The notes below the pieces were generated by a model. It searched no databases, was not told the DNA's origin, and saw only the letters and a program-made list of their open reading frames with translations. A program made the position numbers and the translations under genes. Of a stretch of 64,000 nt of DNA, positions 37,385-51,355 are shown in pieces (the first letter of the stretch is position 1; each line of letters starts with the position of its first letter). The DNA comes from Felis catus (Eukaryota). The stretch covers positions 63,056,001-63,120,000 of the forward strand of contig NC_058368.1 of assembly GCF_018350175.1 (NCBI RefSeq), in the 5' to 3' direction.

Positions 37385-38469
37385 TTTTAAAGCAGCTAAG
37401 AGTGATATAAGCTAATCTGAAAAGACTATATATGATTCCAACTATACGATATTCTGGAAAGGAGAAACTATAGAGACCAGGTTTTTTGAGGAACCTCCAT
37501 ACTGTTTTCCAGAGTGGCTGCACCAGTTTGCATTCCCACCAAAGTGCAAGAGGGTTTCCCTTTTTCCACATCCTCACCAACACCTGTTGTTTCTTGTGTC
37601 GTTAATTTTAGCCATTCTTACAGGTGTGAGCTGGTATCTCATGGTGGTTTTGATTCGTATTTTCCTGACAATAAGTGATGTTGAGCATCTTTTCATGTGT
37701 CTATTAGCCATCTGGATGTCTTCTTCAGAAAAGTGTCTATTCATGTCTTCTGCCCACTTCTTAACTGGGTTATTAGTTTTTTGGCTGTTGAGGTTGATAA
37801 GTTCTCTATAGGTTTTTCAGATATGTCATTTGCAAATATCTTCTCCCGTATGTGGAATTTAAGAAACAAATGAACATATGGGAAGGGTGGGGGGAAGAGA
37901 AGAAAGGGAAACAAACCACAGGAGATTCTTAAGGATAGAGAACAATCTGAGGATTGATGGAGGGAAGTGGGTAGGGGATGGGCTATAAGGGTGATGGATA
38001 TTAAGGAGGGCCCTTGCTGTGATGAGTACTGGGTGTTGTATGTAAGTGATGAATCACTAAAGTCTACTTATGAAACCAATATTACACTGTATATTGAATT
38101 TAAATAATGAATGAATGAATGAAAAAGATCAGTGGCTGCCAGGGGTTGGCAGGGAGTAGGGGGATGAATAGATAGAGTGCAGAAGATTCTTAGGACAGTG
38201 GAAATACTCTATGATACCGTAATGATTGATTGATTGATACATATGATTATATATTTGTCCCAAACCATAGAATATACAACGAAAGTATAAACACTGGGTA
38301 ATAATGATGTATCAATTTAGGTTCACCAATTGTAACAAATGTACCACTCTAATGGAGGCTATTGATAACTCTAGTTGGGGAGGCTATGCACATGTTGGTG
38401 AAGGGGATATACAGGAAATCTCTTTACCTTCCCTTCAATTTTGCTATAAATCTTAAACTGCTCTAAAAG
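37385..38469 (+). mobile_element. L1MC-type 3' relic, interrupted by a younger L1
   Basis: 'tatgattccaactata..attctggaaagg..aactatagagac' resumes at about 38122 as 'aaaaagatcagtggctgccagggg..aaactgctctaaaa'. Confidence 0.8.
37481..38121. mobile_element. 5'-inverted carnivore L1 insertion: antisense 37481-37847, sense 37848-38121
   Basis: Minus-strand [20 protein letters not shown]; plus-strand carnivore L1 3'UTR ending in (aatg)n. Confidence 0.88.
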
Positions 38470-40028
38470 CACATGTCTGCTGAGCAGGTATATGTGTGTG
38501 TCTACATGAGCGTTCGTGTATTTTGGGCAACCAAGTGCAGTTGGGAAGAGAATTAGGACACTAGAGAAGTAGTCTGTATGTGAGCATCCTGCATATATGC
38601 TCTGCTGAGGAAATGGGGCTTGAATATTTAGCCAATTGTTCTCATTTGTAGAAATGGGATACTCCAAATACTGTATTTGGAGTCATCCAAGGATCCTAAT
38701 TTTAAAAATGACCATGGCCAGCTCTATCCTGAAAGATTCATGTGTGATAGGTTTAGAAGGGCATCATTTTCCAGTTTTTCAGGCCTAACGTGTAGCCAGT
38801 GTCAAAAATCAATGTTTTAGACCATGAGAACCAGAATAAAGATTTTAATTAGCTGAGTAACGTGATGTGATTTGCTTTTTAGAAAGATCTGTCAGCAGTA
38901 TGGGCAGAAGGAGCACAATTGAACACAGCATATAATTTATTAGAAACATCAAATTGTTAGAAAACAATCTAAAACCAATAACCAGAAAACAGTTAATTGA
39001 GAGGAAATATACCTTTGACTTCATCTCTGTATTATTCTTTATTGACTGGATAAATTGAATTGCTCACACATCACAGAAGACAGTTTGTGTTTTTCAATTA
39101 TGTGGCTCCTGAGGTCCTAACATATTCTGAGATACAGTGAATTTCAGTTCCTGGGTTAAATGTACATTTCCTGTTGAACATTAGATGTTATGCCTAGGTT
39201 AAATGTTACATAGATTTTTTTTAAACTACATAAAACTGTTTTTATCCTTTTTGAAACTGTTTATGTTCATCAGCCATGAAAAAGAAAAATCACAAATAGC
39301 AATAAGGATAACCTGATTAGAGGTAACATCAAGATATCTATGTTAGTGAATCACAGTACCTTGAAAGAGATAGGGAAATTTATGGAAAGACCTAACACTA
39401 GATTAATTATGGGAAGGTCGCCATTATTTCAAGCCCCAGGTGACTTTACACATAACTATATATTTATTTATGTTTGGGGAAGAACATTTTTAAAAATTTT
39501 ATTCTATCCTAATCTTGCATTGAGAACTGAAAGTTACTGTTCATTCATTTGGATAAAGGAATTGTTCAGATTTCAATTGAATAAAAAGGTCCAGAAAGGG
39601 ACTGCCTAAGCTAGTAAGACCCAATATTAACTTATTACTTATAAAATTGTAACTAAAAGAAGATTACTTTATGGGAAGAGTTTAAATGCACAGGGGAAAG
39701 GTTAGAGATGGAAATCCAGACTATAAAAATAAGCAGCAGTTAATCCTGGATGGAGGAAGCTGCAAGGCACATCTTAAAAGCAGAGAGAAAGGTGAGTTAG
39801 GCTGGAAGAGAAAGGGAAACTGAAGCAGAACCAAGAGGATCCTGAACTAAGTAAGAGTTGTGGGGATTTAGACCAAAGAGGGATGTGAGAGATTATATGT
39901 GCAATACAATTAGTCTGAATCAGCTCTGGGACTCAAAGCCTTCTCCATCCAAGGTCAAATGTCTTTTTAACTATATGTTGTCACCTTTCTGTCATATAAA
40001 GTGTTCTTTCTTGAAAATAAACAGTCAG

Positions 40029-40080
40029 ACACACACAGACACACACACACACACACACACACACTCTCTCTCTCTCTCTC
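40029..40080. repeat. (CA)n(CT)n microsatellite
   Basis: Seen directly. Confidence 0.95.
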
Positions 40081-41807
40081 CTCTGGGCTTGTTTTAGGCA
40101 AATACGGGTTAAAAGGATTGAATTCTGGCTGAAAATATGTTCAAGGCTTCTCTCCAATACAGTATAAGATGAAGCACCAACATAATAAAAGAGTGATCAT
40201 CTCATCTTTGTAATAGGAAACACTTTCTTCTCCCCCAGGATTTTCATGTTTGTTCATAGAGTTGAAATTCCCCACTTCAGAACTGTAGGGTGCTGTAGGA
40301 AAGAGTTTGTTTTGGAGCTTTTCTCCTCTGCCTGAATGTAAGTGCTCCCACCTCAGAAGTGCGTTAAAAATGCACCGTTGGTCCTATTCTCAAGATATTC
40401 TGATGTAATTGGTTAAACCGTGGTTGAGAAACTTGGCATGCATGGGCCTAGGAGAAAAGCTCTTATAAGATTCCCTGTCTTTCCACCTGTACCCACAAGC
40501 TCCCTTTCCCTAACGTGGGTAGAATGATCTAAATCAGCCATTGTCTATCTGCAGAACCTAATAATGTTTGTCTGGGCCATCCCAAGGCCTAGACTCAGGA
40601 ATAAGTCTTAAGAAGCATTTGGCCAATCAAGGGATAATCTCAAATCCATGCATTTGATGGGATCCCAGTCTTATGCTGTTGGTTCAGAACCCGTAGGAGG
40701 AAATGTGGTGTAGTCAGTGGTCATCTTCACAATGCATTTGTTAAGGTCTAATCCATCAGAGAGAAATATTTTGCAAATTTGCTACATAGGATGTCAGATC
40801 GCTTATCTATATAGTTCATGTTCTTTAAGTAAACCTAAGCCAAATGTAAATGGAATTTTAACCAGGTATAAAAAGATCAATCTGTACACTGTGGCAATGG
40901 AGGGTAGATATAAGGGGAGTTTCTAAAAATCTTTGAGAAGTTTACCGTCACAATGTACAGTAGCTCATCTAAAGTCCTGTGTGTTTCAGTAAAGAGATCT
41001 GTTTAAACTTGTAAATCCAATGTGTCCTAAAAGGATTTGTCTATAAATTTATTTTTGCCATCTAACACCTATTAACAGGCTTATAAGGAGAAGTTACATG
41101 GGTACTCTTGCTCCAATTAACATAAAATCATTGTTTCTGATATTATGTGCCATGCCATTTACTTCACCTAGTGCAAGGTCTGTAGTAGTCTCAGAGAGAA
41201 CCCAGGTGGAGGCCTGGAGGATATGAGCTCACTCTTGTATAAACTAAATAACAGTTGTAGTCTATTGGGCTGAGCTAAAAAAAAAAAAAAAAAAAAGGAT
41301 GAATTCACAGCTAAGCCTGATAGGCTCAGTGATGTGGGCTCCTCAGGACTCCCAGTTCGTCACAGTAGACACACAGCTGTTTGGCACAAAGGGATTCCGT
41401 CAGTCGAGGGATAGGACCCACCGCATCCTGCCTCCCAAGAAGGAGCTTGTCAAACTTCCTTACTTCCAACCAAATCACATGGAACTCCCAACTTTTAGAA
41501 GCCATATCACGTATATTGAAGATTTAGATATCAGGTGTAATTTTTAACTTTGCCTCCAGTTTCCCCTTGCTTCCTGGACCACAGATTAGGTAATAATGAC
41601 TAGGACTCATGCTTGCCCAGTCACACTGCTGCCCCAGGAGAGCTAGCCAGTGGACCTGAGCAGTCACATGCCCCATTATTTCTAGGCGTTGGCGGAACTG
41701 CTCGCAGCCTGGGATTGGCTTACTGCACTGTCCACATGAGAATGTTCTCTGCAGCTTGGATGCGGGGGAAACTATTGTCTCCCCTAATACTGTTCTTTTT
41801 TTTCTAG

Positions 41808-41873
41808 CGGAAGCGTCATCACATTTTAACAGAACATTTCCTGCTTTTCCTAGTTTGACAAGGAGCTTAGGAG
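41808..41873 (+). other. Candidate 66-nt cassette exon
   Basis: Branch-like cctaat, polypyrimidine tgttcttttttttctag acceptor, GAG|gtatgt donor; one open frame EASSHFNRTFPAFPSLTRSLG. Confidence 0.35.
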
Positions 41874-44800
41874 GTATGTGTTATGTTCATTTGAAGCAGC
41901 ATGTTTTGGGCACATAACTTTTTGTTTCGTTTTCTTTAATGAGCTACCTCAGAGCATGTTTATCCAAAATTGAAACATGTGAACCACTCAGATGATTCAT
42001 ATCTATTTTAAAACAGATAAAATCAAACTAGAATGTAAAATTAATTTGAACACATATACGTTTTTCAGCAGCTGTGCTTTTGAAGAAATCTATTCTTTCT
42101 GCATTTGTCATGCTGCAGAATGAAATTTTAATGATAACTCTGAAGATGATTAACAATGAAATTTGTCAAATACCATTTACATGTTAAGTATATTGAATAT
42201 GTTCTAATTCTTTTGTATTTGGTTAACTATTTATGGTATGTTTAGGCTGATATATAGATGTAGTAAAACACCAGAATTTGAATTCTATACTTTTTTCTTT
42301 TCTTAGGATGCAGTGTACATATCCCCATGGAAATGTTTAACACCTAGTTAGTAACTGGTCCCAGACCATGGAAAAACATATTAATCCATGTATTTACTCA
42401 GGAATATAGGAACAGATATTACTAAGAGTCTTTTTCACACCTGTGCACAAACATGTGCACACACAGAGATGCACATGAAATAAACACCCCCTTGTTCTCA
42501 TTAATATTGATGAACTTTCCAAAAGCATTCAGTTGTTGGTATAACGGACTCTTATGATGGATTCAGAATTTTCCCAGGACACAGGGGAGAGTCAGATATG
42601 CACTGGCATAGAAATGAAGACTCTTTCAATGTAGAAGAGGATCAGGGGTTTGCTCTGAAGAGTAGGGAGACTCAGTGCCTAGTCATAAGTGCTTTCAGTG
42701 GGCTTCAGAGGGAACGGATAAGATTTGGGGGAATAGATGGGGGAAAGTCTTCAACTCCCTTGACTTTCATAACAGTTGGTAGGGACACTGGCCTCTCAAA
42801 ACCCCAGAACCAACCTGAACTATCTGCTGGATTTCACATGGCTCAAATAGTGGTTCAAATATTTCCATTGCTAAATTCTGAAGAAATAAGAATCTATTGG
42901 AATACTAAGAGACCACATCATCGTATCTTTATTCAAAATATCTTTTATTCTGTCAAAAAGTGATTAGAAATGAAATTTGAAATGAGACCATACATGCTTC
43001 ATACATTCATTGACCATCTCCCTTTAACAAAATATTCCTGCCTATACTGTTTATTAATGGGCCTTTTCTCCTTTCTTTTTTATGTGGTTCAATTTCATCA
43101 TTTTGGTAGCATGTGAAATTTACTATTACTTGCATCCTATATCAAACTCTTTTCTGCTGTAATGCCATCATATTCTGTTTCGTTATTTAATATCAGTGCC
43201 CGCTCAGCCATTACAGGTGCATTTGGGTTGCTTACAAATTATATTGAAGATGGAAAAAGTGTCTGTGGGTAGAGGGGGAGGGAATGCTAGAGTTCAGAAC
43301 AATAAAAATGCTTCAAATTTATCTCCATGCCAAGTCCAGATGTCTGTTAAAAGAGGAGTGGCAAGTTTAACAAAGAATTATATTACAAACAGTGCTTAAA
43401 TAATAAAAATAATTGTTTGACAAAATCTTCTTAGCACATCACTCTACTTAAAATGATTTATTCAGGATGCAAAAGTACTTTCATTTGTCTCCATTCATCT
43501 TCTTAGTCTTGAGAGCCAGTTGCAAATCTCATTCTGCATGTTGTCAGCTACTTGAATCCAGCACTTCCTTTTATGAACTTGAACTTCAGCTCTGTATTGT
43601 CAGAAGAATAGTGCATTAGTGCAGTGCTAAGACTGTGAGTCTATTTTAATGGAAACTATTTTATATTTATGATTTCAAATGAAAATCAATTATAAGTCCA
43701 GGATAAATCACAAATTGATTAATGTGGGTATCTTGCCAGTTTTAGAGGTTTTTAAGGGCTGACTGCAGTGTTTTGATTGTTTTTTTTTTTTTTAGGATTT
43801 TGAAACAGTCAAAACTGTAGACATTAAAATTATGTGACAATTTTGAGCATTCAACAAGATAAAGGATTCAGTTATCCAGAGGCAGTTACATTCTCTTTAC
43901 TAAGTTTGTTTTCCTATAATATTCTACTAACTTATCTCCACTGAAAAATACATCATTTTTATTACCATTACTGCATTATACATGTTCATGATTACAACTT
44001 ATTGATTATTCAAAGAGAAAAAACAAACTTGATAATGAATCACCCTTAAACTTGATAATGAATCAAAATGGATCACTTTGTTAAAAATCTACAAGATATA
44101 ATTGCCTAAAATTACTTCCTCGAAAATAAAATTTAAAAGCTATATAATTTTTTCTGAATTATTTCGTAATATATATCAACCTCAATCCTTAGTGAATCTA
44201 TTATTTTAGCCCCTAAAGCCACCTGCAGAAAGATCTGGAAACTTCTCAATAGTGTCCACTTTCCTTTCCTCAAGATCCCTCCTTTACTAATCTCCAAGCC
44301 ATTCAGTTTCCATTAAGCACAGTTGTATAGACAGCTCAGATCTATCTGTAAGCTATAACTAGATTGCCAACTTTTTTTTTTATCTGAAATAAGGAGGGAA
44401 GGAAGGAGGTAGAAGGAAATAGAGGAAGAAAGGAGTAAGTTTAGCACATCACTCAGGATTTTTATGAGAATTAAAAGAAAATAATCATTTACAGTATCGG
44501 GTATGTAGTAGGAATTCAAAAAATACTATAAATCATTGCCAGTACTATTATAAAATGTACTTGTAAAAGAACTTGAAATGGAGTATGAAACACTGAAAAG
44601 TCTCCTCTTCTAACCCTTCCTTATTAGTGAACTCATCATTGCTGATCAAAGTACGTGTATGCCTTGCTTAGCAGTATTCTGCTCTAAGACTATGTAAAAG
44701 AAAAAAAAAGAAAAAATTTAAAACTTTGCCAAGATTGAGGTGAAATGAAACAGGAAGCAATGTAGGACTTTATGAAATTTTAATATGTAAATATATTTTT

Positions 44801-46815
44801 GTCTCAAGCAATTCCAATAAAAATATATTTGTGAACGGGTCTGACCATAATTAGTAGGGCTCAGAATGATTGATTAGAGTGTGTACTCAAGGGAAAGACC
44901 TGGAGGAAAAATTTAGATCCCAACTGGTACTCAGAAGGCTAATCCTATCAATAATAAATTTTTTAGGTCCTGACTACCTCTTAAATATGGAGCTAGAATA
45001 ACACTTGCTATAGCTGATTTGACCTCAAAATTTCTAGTTAAATCAGTGGGTGAGAAAATATTGAAAAGCCTTGTTATAATGGGGAATGGAAGTGGGAGGG
45101 GGGATGAGTTCATCTGGATGGGATAAAAATACTGTCCTCACAATTTCAAAAGCACAATTTTCAATATCTCCCAAATCCCAAATGAACTAGGAGTGGTTAT
45201 TGGGATCATATTCTTGACTGCAGCCCAGATTCCCATCTGGGATTTCAAGAACAGTATTTTACTTGTGAGGCAGGTAATTTGGATTGAGTTTCCTGGTTAT
45301 TGTTAATTACTTTCATCTTTCAGACATATCTGCACTGTGCAACCCTTTGTGTCCTCATTAGTCTTCTAATCGCCTATGATTCGGGTTGACAGGAATTGAC
45401 TACAAGCTAAACTGTTCAATATGACTATCTAATTATGGAGGTTCCAAAAGATCTGTGTTTTAATTCTATTAGACTAATAGTCATTGGAAACCATCTTCTT
45501 ATACATTAGGTGACAGGATTTAAACACAGTTGTCCCTCCTCTTTTTCCCTACTTCTGACCACTTTATCTGTTTTGGGTATCTGACTCCCTGGCACAGAGA
45601 ATATGATGTTTGCAACAAAATGTGAATGTCAAGTTCTTTGGATGAGTTATGGACACATACACAGAAAGTAGAAAGTAAACATAATGACTTGCCAAATAAA
45701 ATCTGTAGCTAATCAAAGTGACTGCAGAGTAGGGACATCTTGGTCACAAACTCTCTTTTCAATCCTTCAGTTGTAAGCTTAAGCCAAGAGTGGTGATGTT
45801 GAGATGAAAAATGAGGACCAGTTGTTCCTGAGTGCACTGCGCTGGGTTCAGCTGTGTCCTTCATTCATAGGGTATATATTACACCAAGATAGATGAAGTG
45901 CACCTGCCTAAATTTAAGTGGTCTCTAGTATGTGTACTGAATGTTCTCAGCCATGTTTATCTAAGCCTGGATGGGAAAGGAGGCCTTTGAGCTTTCAAAA
46001 GTTCCCATGTGACCCTTTCCTTTACTCAAAGGATTTTCAATTGTGTGTCCACTTCTGAAATTTTGTAGAGAACTTGGAAACTTAAACCTCTGTCTGTCTT
46101 TAAAAATAGTGTGGATTTTCCTGCTATCTATTATAACTGGCTACCTTCTTTCTTCATCCTTTATAGGAACAAATACACTTGATTTGCCTGGGCCATTTGT
46201 ATCTGATCTCCTTTAATTTAAACCTTTCTTACATTAGTGGATACTTTGATGCTAGAGTTTCTCATTATTTCCACTGATGCAGTCACTAGTTGAACAAAAC
46301 ATATATTTCTATTCTGATATTACATTGAGGAAACTCTGCATAGATAAAATTATATGAAGTCTTAACTCAGGTAAAAGATCTGAGATGTAAGAGAAGTTGT
46401 AAGGATTCAAGTCTACACACTTTTTACCATATCCCGTTGTCTGTGTGGAGTTAGGAATCATAACCTCCAAATAATCTACAGCATTGTCGTAAAGATCAAA
46501 AACAATGATACATGTGAAAACAGTTTTTGCACATATAACCATTCAATATATTTCAATGTATAGAACTTTCCTTTACCCTTGCTTCCAGCCTCTTAAAAGT
46601 AACTTTGTGATGAAACAAAAACAATTCAAACAATTTTCATTGTTTCAGTTACTTAAAAAATATCTAGGCTAAAAACTGACTTAAAACTTAGTCTAAATAT
46701 TTATGGGGTAGGACATGGAGGTTAGGAATATTGATAGGAATACATGTCATCAAAGGAAATAAGAAATCAGGTATTTATGATATAAGTATTAACATAGAGT
46801 TAACACTGGTACTTT

Positions 46816-47007
46816 TATTTATTTTTATTTTTTAAATATTTATTTTTGAGAGATAGGGAGGTTGGGCACAGAATTGGAAGAAGGCTGCAGGCTCCAGGCT
46901 CCAAGCTGTCAGCACAGAGCCTGATGCAGGGTTTGAACCCACAAGCCATGAGATAATGACCTGAGCTGAAGTCAGACCCTTAACCAACTGAGCCACCCAG
47001 GTGCCCC
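46816..47007 (-). mobile_element. SINEC (SINEC_Fc2-type)
   Basis: TSD aa(c/g)actggtacttt. Confidence 0.93.
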
Positions 47008-47419
47008 AAGACTGGTACTTTCAGAGGGAAAATTGAATAAGAGAAGCGTAAATTATACCAAATAGAAATTCACTCTAGAAGGCCCTGTTTGGAAAGAGTT
47101 GACACAGATGAATCTAGTAATGTTAAATCAAAAGTAATATAGTTAAAGAATTTTGTGGCTAAAAGTCTGAGGCAAAATACTTTTTCAAAGACTTTTCTGA
47201 ATATTTTTCAAGAAAAGATACTTGAGTTTGATTTTCTAGTTACCCTTTAAAGTACCATTTCACAAGCCATGTTAAGATAATGAATACAAAATGTGCTTAT
47301 GTTACTACTAATGTTGGCTTCTTTATATTCCAAAATCTATATGAAAAGGACCCTTATTGGATATAAATAGGTGTCATCATAAACATGATTAAATGGTCTT
47401 TATAAATATATGTGTAAAT

Positions 47420-47615
47420 GGGGCGCCTAGGTGGCCCAGTCAGTTAAGCGTCCAACTTCAGCTCAGGTCATGATCTCATGGTCAGTGAGTTTGAGCCCCA
47501 CATCCAGCTCTATGCTGACAGCTGCTTCACATCCTGTGTCTCCCTCCCTCTCTGCCCCTTCCCCGCTCATGCTCTTTCTCTGTCTCTCAAAAATGAATAA
47601 ACATTTAAAAAAAAA
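47420..47615 (+). mobile_element. SINEC (SINEC_Fc2-type), tail abutting an L1
   Basis: ggggcgcctaggtggc head, CT tract, aaaaatgaataaacatttaaaa tail. Confidence 0.93.
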
Positions 47616-50600
47616 TAATAATTACAGGGTCTATCCATCAGGAAAAGCTAACAATTATAAATGTCTATGCACCGAATTCAAAAACACCCAAATACATAAA
47701 ACAATCACAAACGTAAGCAACCTTATTGATAAGAATGTGGTAATTACAGGGGACTTTAATACTACCTTACAGTAATAGATCATTTAGACACAGGATCAAT
47801 AAAGAAACAAGGGCCGTGAATGATACATTGGAACAGATGGACTTCACAGATATATTTAGAACTCTGCATACCAAAGCAACAGAATATACTTTCTTCTAGA
47901 GTGCACATGGAACATTCTCCAAGATAGATCACATAATGGGTCACAAAACAGCCCTTCATAAGTATAAAAGAATTGAGTGCATACCATAAACACTTTCAGA
48001 CCACAATGATAGGAAGCTTGAAATCAACCACAGGAAAAAGTCTGGAAAACCTCCAAAAGCATGGAGGTTAAAGAACACCCTACTAAAGAATGAATGGGTC
48101 AACCAGGCAATTAGAGAAGAAATTTAAAAATATATTGCAACAAATGAAAATGAAAATACAACAATCCAAACGCTTTGGGATGCAGTGAAGGCAGTCCTGA
48201 GAGGAAAATACATTGCATTCCAGGCCTATCTCAAGAAACAAGAAAAATCCCAAATACAAAATCTAACAGCACACCTAAAGGAAATAGAAGCAGAACAGCA
48301 AAGACACCCCAAACCCACCAGAAGAAGAGAAATAATAAAAATCAGAGCAGAAATAAACAATATTGGATCTAAAAAAACTGTAGAGCAAATCAATGAAACC
48401 AAGAGTTTTTTGAAAAAAAATTGATAAACCTCTAGCTAGGCTTCTCAAAAAGAAAAGGGAGATGATCCAAATAGACAAAATCATGAATGAAAATGGAATT
48501 ATTACAACCAATCCCTCAAAAATACAAGCAATTATCAGGGAATACTATGAAAAATTATATGCCAACAAACTGGACAACCTGGAAGAAATGGACAAATTCC
48601 TAGGCACCCACACGCTACCAAAATTCAAACAGGAAGAAATAGAAAACTTGAACAGACCCATAACCAGTGAGAAAATTGAATCAGTTATCAAAAATCTCCC
48701 AACAAATAAGAGTCCAGGACCAGATGGCTTCCGAGGGGAATTCTACCAGACATTTAAAGCAGAGATAATACCTACCCTTCTCAAGCTGTTCCAAAAAAAT
48801 AGAAAGGGAAGGAAAACTTCCAGGCTCATTCTATGAAGCCAGCATTACTTTGATTCCTAAACCAGACAGAGACCCAGCAAAAAAAGAGAACGAGGCCAAT
48901 ATCCCTGATGAATATGGATGCAAAAATTCTCAACAAGATACTAGGAAATCGAATTCAACAGCATATAAAAAAATTATTCACCATGATCAAGTGGGATTCA
49001 TTCCTGGCCTGCAGGGCTGGCTCAACATTCGCAAATCAATCAATGTGATACATCACATTTATAAAAGAAAAGATGAGAACCATATGATCCTGTCAATCGA
49101 AGCAGAAAAAGCATTTGACAAAATTCAGCATCCTGTCTTAATAAAACCCTCGAGAAAGTCGGGATAGAAGGAACATACTTAAACATCATAAAAGCCATTT
49201 ATGAAAAGCCCACAGCTAATATCATCCTCAATGGGGAAAAACTGAGAACTTTTCCCCTGAGATCAGGAACACGACAGGGATATCCACTCTCACTGCTGTT
49301 GTTTAACATAGTGTTGGAAGTTCTAGCATCAGCAATCAGGCAACAAAAGGAAATCAAAGGCATCAAAATTGGCAAAGATGAAGTCAAGCTTTCACTTTTT
49401 GCAGATGACATGATATGATACATGGAAAACCCAATAGACTCTACCAAGAGTCTGCTAGAACTGATACATGAATTCAGCAAAGTCACAGGATACAAAATCA
49501 ATGTACAGAAATCAGCTGCATTCTTATACACTAATAATGAAGCAACAGAAAGACAAAGAAACAGATCCCATCCACAATTGCACCAAGAAGCACAAAATAC
49601 CTAGGAATAAACCTAACCAAATATGTAAAAGATCTGTATGCTGAAAAGTATAGAAAGCTTATGGAGGAAATTGAAGAAGACACAAAGAAATGGAAAAACA
49701 TTCCATGCTCATGGGTTGGAAGAATAAATATTGTTAAAATGTCAATACTACCCAAAGCTGTCTACACATTCAATGCAATCCCAATAAAAATTGCACCAGC
49801 ATTCTTCTTGAAGCTAGAACAAGCAATCCTAAAATTTGTATGGAACCACAAAAGACCCCAAATAGCCAAAGTAATTTTGAAGAAGACCACCAAAGTGGGA
49901 GGCATCACAATCCCAGACTTTAGCCTCTACTACAAAGCTGTAATCATCAAGACAGCATGGTATTGGCACAAAAACAGACACACAGACCAATGGAATAGAA
50001 TAGAAATCCCAGAATTGGACCCACAAAAGTATGGCCAACTAATCTTTGACAAAGCGGGAAAGAATATCCAATTGAAAAAAGACAGTCTGTTTAACAAATG
50101 GTGCTGGAACAACTGGACAGCAGCATGCAGAAGGATGAAACTAGACCACTTTCTTACACCATTCACAAAAATAAACTCAAAAAGGATAAAGGACCTGAAT
50201 GTGAGACAGGAAACCATCAAAACCCTAGAGGAGAAAGCAGGAAAAAACCTCTCTGACCTCAGCCACAGCAATTCCTTACTTGACACATCCCCAAAGGCAA
50301 GGGAATTAAAAGCAAAAATGAACTATTGGGACCTCATGAAGATAAAAAGCTTCTTCACTGCAAAGGAAACAATCAACAAAACTAAAAGGCAACCAATGGA
50401 ATGGGAAAAGATATTTGCAAATGACATAGCGGACAAAGGGCTAGTATCCAAAATCTATAAAGAGCTCACCAAACTCCACACCTGAAAAACAAATAATCCA
50501 GTGAAGAAATGGGCAGAAAACATGAATAGACCCTTCTCTAAAGACATCCAGATGGCCAACGGGCACATGCAAAGATGCTCAATGTCACTCCTCATCAGGG

Positions 50601-51355
50601 AAATACAAATCAAAACCACACTGAGATACCACCTCACGCCAGTCAGAGTGGTTAAAATGAACAAATCAGGAGACTATAGATGCTGGAGAGGATGTGGAGA
50701 AACGGGAACCCTTTTGCACTGTCGGTGGGAATGCAAACTGGTGCAGCCACTCTGGAAAACAGTGTGGAGGTTCCTCAAAAAATTAAATAAGATCTAGCCT
50801 ATGACCCAGCAATAGCCTATATCCTAGCAATAGCTAGGAATTTACCCCAGGGATACAGGAGTGCTGATGGATAGGGACACTTGTACCCCAGTGTTTATAG
50901 CAGCACTTTCAACAATAGGCAAATTATGGAAAGAGCCTAAATGTCCATCAACTGACGAATGGATAAATAAATTGTGGTTTATATACACAATGGAGTACTA
51001 TGTGGCAATGAGAAAGAATGAAATATGGCCCTTTGTAGCAAGGTGGATGGAACTGGAGAGTGTTATGCTAAATGACATAAGTCATACAGAGAAAGGCAGA
51101 TACCATATGTTTTCACTCTTATGTGGATCCTGAGAAACTTAACAGAAGACCATGAGGGAGGGGAAGGGGGGAAAAAAGGTTAGAGAGGGAGCCAAAACAT
51201 AAGAGACTCTTAAAAACTGAGAACAAACTGAGGGTTGATTGGGGGTGGGAGGGAGGAGAGGGTGGGTGATGGGTATTGAGGAGGGCACCTGTTGGGATGA
51301 GCACTGGATGTTGTGTGGATACCAATTTGACAATAAATTTTATATTAAAAAAAAA
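47616..51355 (+). mobile_element. 5'-truncated felid L1 (L1_Fc-like), ORF2 inactivated
   Basis: Starts mid-endonuclease (IITGSIHQE..GDFNT); [25 protein letters not shown] at 49398-49409 then ATG ATA and a TGA at 49416; C-terminal CWRGC..HCRWECK; 3'UTR, AATAAA and A tail; multiple frameshifts. Confidence 0.97.

Noticed and set aside
42290..43840. Strong acceptor-like tracts ending at 42306 and 43795
   Set aside because: No good donor found nearby; all three frames close quickly after 43795
48175..51133. Longest ORFs (up to 274 aa) as a host gene or active L1
   Set aside because: They are frameshifted L1 ORF2 fragments; stop just after FADD, no ORF1 or 5'UTR
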